Origin: Mycobacterium leprae TN
GTDB taxonomy: Bacteria; Actinomycetota; Actinomycetes; Mycobacteriales; Mycobacteriaceae
Assembly: GCF_000195855.1 (NCBI RefSeq)
Contig: NC_002677.1
Location: forward strand, 2,040,001 to 2,072,000
DNA length: 32,000 nt
Reading direction: 5' to 3'
Shown here one piece after another: positions 24,075 to 32,000 of this stretch. How positions within the stretch are numbered: position 1 is the first letter of the stretch; each line of letters begins with the position of its first letter. The notes beneath the pieces are model-generated. The model was not told where the DNA came from. It made no database searches and saw only the letters and a program-made list of their open reading frames with translations. The translations under genes were made by a program, and so were the position numbers.

Positions 24075-25031
24075 CTAGCCCTTACGAGCCTTGATCCCGT
24101 CGGTCAGCTGTGGCGCCACCTTAAACAAGTCACCGACGACACCGAAGTCCGCGATCTCGAAGATCGGTGCTTCCTCGTCCTTGTTGACCGCAACGATGGT
24201 CTTCGAGGTCTGCATGCCCGCGCGGTGCTGGATAGCCCCGGAGATACCCAGCGCGATGTAGAGCTGGGGCGACACCGTCTTACCAGTCTGGCCTATTTGG
24301 AACTGGCCCGGGTAGTAGCCGGAATCCACAGCGGCACGCGATGCTCCAACCGCGGCGCCCAGCGAGTCGGCCAGCGCCTCGACCACGCTGAAGTTATCCG
24401 CACTGCCAACACCACGGCCGCCGGACACCACGACGGTGGCCTCGGTCAAGTCTGGGCGGTTGTCGACAACCGCGGGCGCACGGGCGGTGATCTTGGTGGC
24501 GTTCTCGGCAGGAGCCGGCACTTCCACGCTGACCTGCTCGCCCGCCCCCTCGGCTGGCTGCGCCTCAACGGCCCCAGCCCGTACTGTGATCACCGGAGTG
24601 TCACCGTTGGCCTGCGCCTCTACAATAAACACACCACCGAAAACGCTATGGACACCCACCGCTCCTTCTCGAACGTCCACGACATCGACCAACAGACCGG
24701 ACCCGATCCGGGCCGCCAGCCGGCCGCCGATCTCCTTGCCATCGGCGGTGGCGGCCAGCAACACAGCGGCCGGAGCCGATGACTCGGCCAACGCGGCCAG
24801 CACATCGACTACCGGCGTGATCAAGTATTTGTCGGCGGCGTCGGACTCGGCGACGTAGATTTTGGCAGCGCCAGCCGTCTTCAACCCGTCAACCAGCGGC
24901 GCCGACGTTCCCGGTGTACCGACCACGACGGCAGCCGGCTCGCCCAGCACGCGGGCGGCGGTGATCAATTCAGCGCTGACCTTTTTCAGCGCGCCTTCAG
25001 TGTGTTCGACAAGCACCAGTGCTTCAGCCAT
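24075..25031 (-). CDS. etfA: Electron transfer flavoprotein alpha subunit
   Basis: [89 protein letters not shown]. Confidence 0.96.
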   Translation of the reverse strand: MAEALVLVEHTEGALKKVSAELITAARVLGEPAAVVVGTPGTSAPLVDGLKTAGAAKIYVAESDAADKYLITPVVDVLAALAESSAPAAVLLAATADGKEIGGRLAARIGSGLLVDVVDVREGAVGVHSVFGGVFIVEAQANGDTPVITVRAGAVEAQPAEGAGEQVSVEVPAPAENATKITARAPAVVDNRPDLTEATVVVSGGRGVGSADNFSVVEALADSLGAAVGASRAAVDSGYYPGQFQIGQTGKTVSPQLYIALGISGAIQHRAGMQTSKTIVAVNKDEEAPIFEIADFGVVGDLFKVAPQLTDGIKARKG

Positions 25032-25079
25032 GGATGATATCGCTCTTCTCGTCTCGGGGATTGGTTTGTAGCGTTCGGC

Positions 25080-25880
25080 TTAGATGATCTTCTGAGCAAC
25101 CAGGTACTGCACGATCTGGTTACCGCCATCGCCTTCATCGGTGATCTTCTCGCCCGCGGTTTTGGCCGGCTTGGGCGTCGACACCAACACCTTCGACCCG
25201 GCGTTGGCCAGCCCGACCTCATCGACCTCGACACCGATCTCGGCCAACGTCAACACCGTGACTTCTTTTTTCTTAGCGGCCATAATGCCTTTAAAGGAGG
25301 GGAAGCGTGGCTCGTTGATTTTCTCGTTCACACTGACCACTGCAGGCAGTACGGCCTCGAGGGTAAACACTCCCTCGTCCGTTTCGCGTTCACCGGTGAT
25401 TTTGCCTCCCTCAACCGAGATTGTGCGCAAGTGGGTGAGCTGCGGCAGGCCCAGGTACTCGGCGATGATCGCCGGAACCACGCCGCCGACGCCATCGGTG
25501 GATTCGTTGCCGGCGATGACCAGTTCGGTGCCTTCGATGGTGCCCAACGCGCGTGCCAGGGCCCACCCAGTCTGGATGACATCCGAGCCGTGCATACCGT
25601 CGTCCTTAAGGTGGACGGCCTTATCAGCGCCCATCGACAGGGCCTTGCGAATCGCCTCGGTGGCGCGCTCTGGTCCCGCGGTTAACACAGTGACCGACCC
25701 CTTGATGCCGTCGACGGCCTCTTTCTCACGGATTTGCAGCGCCTCTTCTACGGCGCGCTCGTTGATCTCGTCTAGCACCGCGTCGGCGGCCTCGCGATCC
25801 AAGGTGAAATCGCCGTCAGTCAGCTTGCGCTCCGACCAGGTGTCTGGAACCTGCTTAATCAGGACCACAATGTTCGTCAT
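25080..25880 (-). CDS. etfB: Electron transfer flavoprotein beta subunit
   Basis: VVLIKQVPDTWSERKLTDGDFTLDREAADAVLDEINERAVEEALQI... GNESTDGVGGVVPAIIAEYLGLPQLT. Confidence 0.96.
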   Translation of the reverse strand: MTNIVVLIKQVPDTWSERKLTDGDFTLDREAADAVLDEINERAVEEALQIREKEAVDGIKGSVTVLTAGPERATEAIRKALSMGADKAVHLKDDGMHGSDVIQTGWALARALGTIEGTELVIAGNESTDGVGGVVPAIIAEYLGLPQLTHLRTISVEGGKITGERETDEGVFTLEAVLPAVVSVNEKINEPRFPSFKGIMAAKKKEVTVLTLAEIGVEVDEVGLANAGSKVLVSTPKPAKTAGEKITDEGDGGNQIVQYLVAQKII

Positions 25881-26107
25881 AGGTGTGGTTAGTCCTCCTC
25901 GAAGGCGTCCCGCAGTCCTCGACTGCAGGACCTAGGTCACACGTTTCGCAACCATACAGCCCTGTTACTGTTCGGTAACTTCATACGGTATGCCCTCACA
26001 CCATAGCGGGTCGCATCTGCGCAATTGCCTGCTGTTCCTCACCGCCGTTAGCACAGAAGGCTCTAGCGGTTCGCGAATCTGGCGGTTCGGGTTAGCCTGC
26101 CTTAACA

Positions 26108-26950
26108 ATGAGCGCATTCGTCCCCGACGTTCCCAACCGCATACCCGACGACCCCTCGTCAATCGACTCCACCGCATTCCACGGCATGCTGACGCTGACA
26201 GGTGAACGCACCATCCCCGATCTGGATATCGAAAACTACTGGTTCCGCCGCCATCAGGTGGTTTACCAGTGGCTGGCGCAGCGCTGCACCGGCTGTGAGG
26301 TTCTCGAGGCCGGCTGCGGCGAGGGCTACGGAGCCGATCTGATCGTCGACGTTGCCTACCGGGTCATTGCGGTGGACTACGACGAGGCCACAGTGGCCCA
26401 TGTCCGTAGCCGTTACCCGAGAGTCCAGGTTATGCAAGCAAACCTGATTGAGTTGCCGCTGGCCGACGCTTCGGTGGACGTCGTGGTGAACTTCCAAGTA
26501 ATCGAACATCTGTGGAATCAGGCCCAGTTCGTCAGCGAGTGCGCCCGAGTGCTGCGTCCCTCGGGGTTACTGATGGTGTCCACCCCAAACCGAATCACCT
26601 TTTCACCGGGGCGTGACACATCGATCAACCCGTTTCACACCCGTGAGCTGAACGCCGACGAGTTGACCCAATTGCTTATCACCGCAGATTTTTCCGAGGT
26701 AGCCATGTACGGATTGTTTCATGGACCGCGCCTGAAGGAAATGGATGCCCGCCACGGCGGCTCCATCATCGACGCGCAAATCGCACGTGCGGTGAGCAAC
26801 GCACCATGGCCGCCCGAACTGGTGGCAGACGTCGCCGCGGTTACCGCTGCCGACTTTGACATCATCGAGGCATCAGCGGGCCCAGAGGCCAGCGATGGTA
26901 GGGACGTCGATGAAAGTCTGGATCTAATCGCGATCGCAGTGCGCCGATGA
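26108..26950 (+). CDS. SAM-dependent methyltransferase (Rv3030-type)
   Basis: VLEAGCGEGYGADLIVDVAYRVIAVDYDEATVAHVRSRYP motif I/II; 280 aa. Confidence 0.88.
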   Translation: MSAFVPDVPNRIPDDPSSIDSTAFHGMLTLTGERTIPDLDIENYWFRRHQVVYQWLAQRCTGCEVLEAGCGEGYGADLIVDVAYRVIAVDYDEATVAHVRSRYPRVQVMQANLIELPLADASVDVVVNFQVIEHLWNQAQFVSECARVLRPSGLLMVSTPNRITFSPGRDTSINPFHTRELNADELTQLLITADFSEVAMYGLFHGPRLKEMDARHGGSIIDAQIARAVSNAPWPPELVADVAAVTAADFDIIEASAGPEASDGRDVDESLDLIAIAVRR

Positions 26951-28515
26951 ACACATCCGCAAACCCAGTGCCCGGTCTGTTCACCCTGGTGCTACACACC
27001 CACTTGCCGTGGCTAGCCCACCACGGCCGCTGGCCGGTCGGTGAGGAATGGCTCTACCAATCGTGGGCCGCGGCCTACCTGCCGCTGCTGCAGGTGCTTC
27101 ACACCCTAGCCGATGAAAATCGGCACCGGCTGATTACACTCGGGGTTACGCCGGTGGTGAACGCTCAACTCGACGACCCCTATTGTCTCGACGGTATGCA
27201 TCACTGGCTGGCGAACTGGCGACTGCGCGCGACTGAAGCGGCCAGCGTGCGGTCCGGTTCGGAGTCGAAGCCGGCGTGCGCACCGCAAGCATTGCGGGCC
27301 TTCGGAGCTCGCGAATGCATCGAGGCCCAGCGGGCACTCGAGTATTTCGCTACTCTGTGGCGTCACGGCGGCAGCCCGCTACTGCGCAGCCTAATCGACG
27401 CCGGGACGGTCGAACTGCTTGGCGGCCCGTTGGCCCACCCATTCCAACCGCTTATCGCGCCGCGGCTGCGCGAGTTCGCGCTACACGAAGGCCTGGATGA
27501 CGCGTGGCTGCGGCTGGCGCACCGGCCAACCGGCATATGGGCGCCGGAATGCGCCTACGCCCCAGGGATGGAACACGACTACTCGGCCGCGGGCATCACT
27601 CACTTCATGGTCGACGGTCCGTCACTGCACGGCGACACCGCACTGGGCCGACCAGTTGGCGACACCGCCGTGGTCGCGTTCGGGCGTGACTTGCAGGTCA
27701 GCTACCGGGTGTGGTCGCCGAAATCTGGCTATCCGGGACATGCCGCCTACCGCGATTTCCACACCTACGACCACCTCACCGGTCTCAAACCGGCCAGAGT
27801 CACCGGGTGCAACGTGCCGTCTGAGGCCAAGGCGCCCTACGATCCCGACCACGCCGACAAAGTCGTCGACGCCCATGTAGACGACTTTGTCGGCGTGGTC
27901 CGCAACCGGCTCTTCACCGAGTCCGAGCGCATCGGGCGGCCCGCTCACGTGGTCGCCGCCTTCGATACTGAGTTGTTCGGCCATTGGTGGTACGAGGGGC
28001 CGATCTGGCTGCAGCGGGTGCTGCGCGCCTTGCCCACCGCCGGGGTGCGAGTGGGCACACTTAGCGACGCCCTAGCGGGCGGGTTCGTCGGCAATACAGT
28101 TACGTTGCCACCCAGCTCGTGGGGGTCCGGTAAGGACTGGCAAGTGTGGGCCGGCGACAAAGTCGCTGATCTGGTTCAGCTCAACAATGAGGTAGTCGAC
28201 ACAGCGCTGACCACAGTCGATAAAGTGCTAGCACAGACGACATCACTGGATGGACTTCTCCCTCGCAATCACGTCGCCGACCAACTCCTGCGCGAAACGC
28301 TGCTCACCGTATCAAGTGACTGGCCATTCATGGTGAGCAAGGATTCAGCCGCCGACTACGCCAGGTACCGTGCCCACCTGCATGCCCACGCCACACGGGA
28401 GATCGCGGGAGCGCTGGCATCGGGCCGACGTGACACCGCGGCGCAACTGGCGGACGGATGGAACCGCGCCGACGGTCTGTTCGGCGCACTGGACGCCCGA
28501 AGGCTGCCCCGGTGA
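26947..28515 (+). CDS. GH57-family alpha-glucan branching-type enzyme (Rv3031-type)
   Basis: FTLVLHTHLPWLAHHGRWPVGEEWLYQSWAAAYLPLLQVL, IWAPECAYAPG, AAFDTELFGHWWYEGPIWL; overlaps upstream gene by ATGA. Confidence 0.9.
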   Translation: MNTSANPVPGLFTLVLHTHLPWLAHHGRWPVGEEWLYQSWAAAYLPLLQVLHTLADENRHRLITLGVTPVVNAQLDDPYCLDGMHHWLANWRLRATEAASVRSGSESKPACAPQALRAFGARECIEAQRALEYFATLWRHGGSPLLRSLIDAGTVELLGGPLAHPFQPLIAPRLREFALHEGLDDAWLRLAHRPTGIWAPECAYAPGMEHDYSAAGITHFMVDGPSLHGDTALGRPVGDTAVVAFGRDLQVSYRVWSPKSGYPGHAAYRDFHTYDHLTGLKPARVTGCNVPSEAKAPYDPDHADKVVDAHVDDFVGVVRNRLFTESERIGRPAHVVAAFDTELFGHWWYEGPIWLQRVLRALPTAGVRVGTLSDALAGGFVGNTVTLPPSSWGSGKDWQVWAGDKVADLVQLNNEVVDTALTTVDKVLAQTTSLDGLLPRNHVADQLLRETLLTVSSDWPFMVSKDSAADYARYRAHLHAHATREIAGALASGRRDTAAQLADGWNRADGLFGALDARRLPR

Positions 28516-28612
28516 AAATCGGACTTCCCCGCGAGCGTGCGTGTTTATACAGCGACACGCCGTCGTGCGTGGCATTTTTGGGACGTTCGCGCCAGCGGAG
28601 GGGACAACGCTC

Positions 28613-29857
28613 ATGAAAATCCTGATAGTGTCCTGGGAATATCCGCCAGTGGTGATCGGCGGGCTCGGCCGTCACGTCCATCACCTATCGACTGCACTGG
28701 CCGCGGCCGGCCACGACGTGGTTGTCCTGTCTCGCCGCCCCTCGGGCACCGATCCCTGTACCCATCCGACCTCCGACGAGATCAGCGAAGGTGTGCGAGT
28801 GATCGCTGCCGCACAGGATCCACACGAGTTCACCTTCAGTAACGACATGATGGCTTGGACTCTGGCGATGGGCCATGCGATGATCCGCACCGGCCTGTCC
28901 CTAACCAGGCATAGCAGCGACCTCCCCTGGCGTCCCGATGTCGTACATGCGCACGACTGGCTGGTGGCACATCCAGCCATAACGCTCGCCCAATTCTATG
29001 ATGTTCCAATGGTTTCCACGATTCACGCGACAGAAGCAGGTCGGCATTCCGGCTGGGTATCTGGAGCACTCAGCCGTCAGGTACATGCCGTCGAGTCGTG
29101 GCTGGTACGTGAATCCGATTCGTTGATCACATGTTCGGCATCGATGTGCAACGAAATCATCGAATTGTTTGGTCCCGGTCTGGCCGAGATCACAGTGATC
29201 CGCAACGGTATTGACCCAGCACGCTGGCCGTTCGCAGCCCGCCGGGCGCGCACTGGACCGGCCGAACTACTCTACGTCGGGCGACTAGAATATGAGAAGG
29301 GTGTGCACGACGTCATTGCCGCGCTACCCCGGATAAGGCGCAGCTACCCTGGCACCACGTTGACCATCGCTGGAGAAGGAACCCAGCAGGATTGGCTCGT
29401 CGACCAAGCCCGTAAATACAAAGTAATCAAAGCCACCCGGTTCGTCGGGCACCTCAACCACAACGAACTGCTGGCGGCGCTGCAGCGGGCCGACGCCGCA
29501 GTGCTGCCGAGTCACTATGAGCCGTTCGGACTGGTCGCCCTAGAGGCCGCTGCAGCCGGCACTCCGCTGGTGACCTCAAACATAGGCGGCCTGGGCGAGG
29601 CGGTAATCAACGGGCAGACCGGGGTGTCGTGTCCGCCCCGCGATATCGCAGAACTGGCTGCGATGGTGTGCACAGTACTTGAGGATCCCGACGCCGCGCA
29701 ACAACGCGCGCTAGCTGCCCGAGAGCGTCTCACCTCCGATTTCGATTGGCAGACAGTAGCTCAGCAGACCGCGCAAGTGTACCTGGCGGCCAAGCGTCGC
29801 GAACGACAACCACAACCCAGGTTGCCCATCGTCGAACACGCATTACCGGATCGCTAG
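28613..29857 (+). CDS. GT4-type glycosyltransferase, alpha-1,4-glucan elongation (Rv3032-type)
   Basis: MKILIVSWEYPPVVIGGLGRHVHHLSTALAAAGHDV, VHAHDWLVAHPAITLAQ, VLPSHYEPFGLVALEAAAAGTPLVTS; start at ATG 28613 rather than the track's 28370. Confidence 0.92.
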   Translation: MKILIVSWEYPPVVIGGLGRHVHHLSTALAAAGHDVVVLSRRPSGTDPCTHPTSDEISEGVRVIAAAQDPHEFTFSNDMMAWTLAMGHAMIRTGLSLTRHSSDLPWRPDVVHAHDWLVAHPAITLAQFYDVPMVSTIHATEAGRHSGWVSGALSRQVHAVESWLVRESDSLITCSASMCNEIIELFGPGLAEITVIRNGIDPARWPFAARRARTGPAELLYVGRLEYEKGVHDVIAALPRIRRSYPGTTLTIAGEGTQQDWLVDQARKYKVIKATRFVGHLNHNELLAALQRADAAVLPSHYEPFGLVALEAAAAGTPLVTSNIGGLGEAVINGQTGVSCPPRDIAELAAMVCTVLEDPDAAQQRALAARERLTSDFDWQTVAQQTAQVYLAAKRRERQPQPRLPIVEHALPDR

Positions 29858-29929
29858 TCTATACCGCGTCAGAGCCGAAACAGCCGCACAACATCAGGAT
29901 GAAGTACTGCGCTCAGTTAGTATCCACCG

Positions 29930-31130
29930 GTGTTGGCAACCTAAATAACTCGTCCCCGCAACGTCGGCTACACGATCATGGCACTGCTGTTGGTATTGTG
30001 ACTAGTCCGGTCGTTCTTGCGTTCGTACCCTACCTGTACCGGTTCTCAGTACTACTCAGTCGACTACACGCTGGGCTTTATACGACGCGTACTCGCCGGC
30101 GAAACGCTGCATTTGTTTCCCGCCAAACACTACTGCACCGGCCTGTATATCTTTTATTGGCTTTCATCAACATTTTCATCGGAGGCTTGGTAGCGGCGGC
30201 AGTCAGGTTCAGCCATTCCAAACGCCGACTACTGCTGGCGCTGTTCATCACTGCGCTGCCATTTGGCTTCGCATTCACAGTGTTTTTCGCGCATCCTGAT
30301 CTTCTCACCGGGACAGCGCTAACCAGGTTCGCCGTGATACTTGCCTCCGCGAAGATCGACCGGTCAATCTTGTTCTCCAGTGCGACCCCTACCGTCACCG
30401 TCGCCGGTTCTAACATTAGCGCACAAAGCGATTCCTTTATTGTGTTCACTAGGTACCTTGCTGTCTATTGTGGCTCTCGCGGTGCACAGTTCGATCAACA
30501 TCCAGCGTCCTTAGCGCGCTGCCTACAGTAGCTCCCGGGCCGGCTATAACGGTAACCACAGCATTGCTCAGGAACCGTGGAATTTCGCCCAATTGTGTGC
30601 GCTAGTACCGCGCATGGTACCGTTGACTAATCGGCTGCGGGCAAGCTCTCCACGGGCCAAATTCCTAGTAGCCAACACTTTAAATACATTGTTCTCACGA
30701 CTGGGTGTGCTGAAAACAGCATCATAAATTTCGACCAGACGTTCAGCGACGCCACCAGAGTCGGCGCCGGGGTGCTCGCTTCGACCGCGTTCGGGATCAC
30801 CCTCTTGACAGGACTGTCTTGACCATCAACAACGCGGCCGGCATTCCTTTCCGGCGTTTCTGCAATCTGCCATGCCAGCGGCTCTGGTTGGGTGACGTTC
30901 GCAGCGATGCTCATGCTGACGGTTTTTGCAACCTCAGTCGACTGAGTCCGGCAATAGGTCACCATCTCGTTCGACGCTGGGTACGTGTACTTGCTCTACG
31001 CGAGTAATCAGCCCGAAGCCACTCAAGAGCCGACCCGACGCACCTGCATCGTGTTCGCACTCAGGGTTATTTTGTTGGCCCTGTTCCCAGTCGGGGCCAT
31101 CCCAGGACTCGGGGTCCCACTACCGGTGTG
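29930..31130 (+). pseudogene. Decayed multi-pass membrane protein of unknown family
   Basis: Hydrophobic segments in shifting frames: GYTIMALLLVL, DYTLGFIRRVLAGE, PVYLLLAFINIFIGGLVAAAVRF, RRLLLALFITALPFGFAFTVFF, CIVFALRVILLALFPVGAIPGLGV. Confidence 0.45.
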
Positions 31131-31247
31131 ATCATTAAGACGAAGCCGGCGTACAGATAGCGGCTTCGGGTTCAATTTCATCGAATTCTGCTAAGATTTA
31201 AAAGTTTTAACAAAAAATAGCCTGATCAAGAAAGATTGGAATTATTG

Positions 31248-31690
31248 CCAATGAAGCCGCAGCACCGGGGTCATTATTTTCCCTATCGCTACGGCCAGAT
31301 GCTCGCACCAATGTGGTTACCATTTTGGCGACCCAGCAACCAGAGCGTGACACTAACCGACAACGGTCAATTCGTCGTCCGCTACGGACCATTTCGTGTC
31401 GAGACCCCACCATCCGGTATTCGCGACGTCCATGTCACCGCCCCCTACCGTATAGTAGACCAACCGTGGGCCCCGATTGTCGTTCATCGATGACGGACTG
31501 ACCTCCGGTACCAACGCACACGCCGGTGTTTGCATACACTTTAAGCCAGGATCCACCGCGTCCTGGAGCTGCACAACCACTCGACGTTGACGGTGATCGT
31601 CGCGGACACCGAAGGCCTGGTCAACGAGCTCAAGGGAGTTACGCAAAGCAGGCGCCGGGTCAAGGCTGATCGCTACGACACCTGCTAAAC
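31248..31690 (+). pseudogene. Decayed conserved hypothetical protein
   Basis: MKPQHRGHYFPYRYGQMLAPMWLPFWRPSNQSVTLTDNGQFVVRYGPFRVETP... then other frame LTVIVADTEGLVNEL; coding-like composition with frame breaks. Confidence 0.4.
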
Positions 31691-31737
31691 GACCTCACTA
31701 GTCGAGCACATCGACACTAAGCGGTATACCGCACAAC

Positions 31738-32000
31738 TTATGCACCTCCTCGGCGGATATCTGCGATTTGCACCTCGTCGTGCCCGGGTTCGTCCTGGAG
31801 TAGTTTGCCGAGTACCAGCAGCACTCTTGCGGCGACCGCCATCGCCAGTCTCGGATCTATCACCTGCAACTTCCCGGCCACGGCCGCAATGTCGCGCTTG
31901 GCTCCAGGCACCAGCCCTCGGTCGGCGGTAATCAGGCGCAAACCTTGATTGAGAACGATTCGACTGTCCGGCCTATGAAACATCCGTCCAGTTAAGAGAA
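31738..32000 (-). CDS. Partial ORF of unknown function open to the right edge (may be a gene or a remnant)
   Basis: MFHRPDSRIVLNQGLRLITADRGLVPGAKRDIAAVAGKLQVIDPRLAMAVAARVLLVLGKLLQDEPG...; no in-frame stop between 31983 and the window edge. Confidence 0.4.
   Translation of the reverse strand, partial: LLTGRMFHRPDSRIVLNQGLRLITADRGLVPGAKRDIAAVAGKLQVIDPRLAMAVAARVLLVLGKLLQDEPGHDEVQIADIRRGGA

Noticed and set aside
28370-28612. N-terminal extension of the GT4 ORF proposed by the track
   Set aside because: MKILIVSWEYPP at 28613 is the canonical N-terminus of the family; the upstream part overlaps the GH57 gene and lacks motifs.
26159-28684. Minus-strand ORFs opposite the methyltransferase, GH57 and GT4 genes
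   Set aside because: Antisense shadows of clearly identified plus-strand genes.
30078-30449. Minus-strand ORF of 123 aa
   Set aside because: Opposite strand gives coherent hydrophobic membrane segments; this frame is likely a mirror artefact.

Overview
This window reads as chromosome from a slow-growing mycobacterium undergoing reductive evolution. Moderate GC, intact housekeeping genes alternating with decayed genes, and gene order parallel to M. tuberculosis Rv2997-Rv3032 all suggest M. leprae or M. lepromatosis; this species call is inference from recalled synteny, not a search. Intact genes, left to right: ilvC, ilvN and ilvB (minus); a DoxX-family membrane protein (minus); an LppZ-like lipoprotein (plus); gatB, pfkA, gatA and gatC (minus); an ACT-domain protein (plus); ligA and a MetE-C-like protein (minus); mnmA and iscS (minus); etfA and etfB (minus); then methyltransferase, GH57-like and GT4-like genes (plus) of the methylglucose lipopolysaccharide type. 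Decayed loci recognised by reading through frames: a phytoene-dehydrogenase-like FAD oxidoreductase, a WrbA-like flavoprotein, cfp6, an HtrA-like PDZ serine protease, a PlsC acyltransferase next to an OlsB/hemolysin-like N-acyltransferase, and a multi-pass membrane protein. No convincing new multi-gene system was found. The two most interesting signals lie outside the ORF calls. One is a transcription attenuator upstream of ilvB: an 11-codon leader peptide, MLVVICQRVGG, followed by a hairpin and U-run terminator. The other is a decayed IS30-family element immediately downstream of ilvC, bounded by perfect 25-bp inverted repeats.
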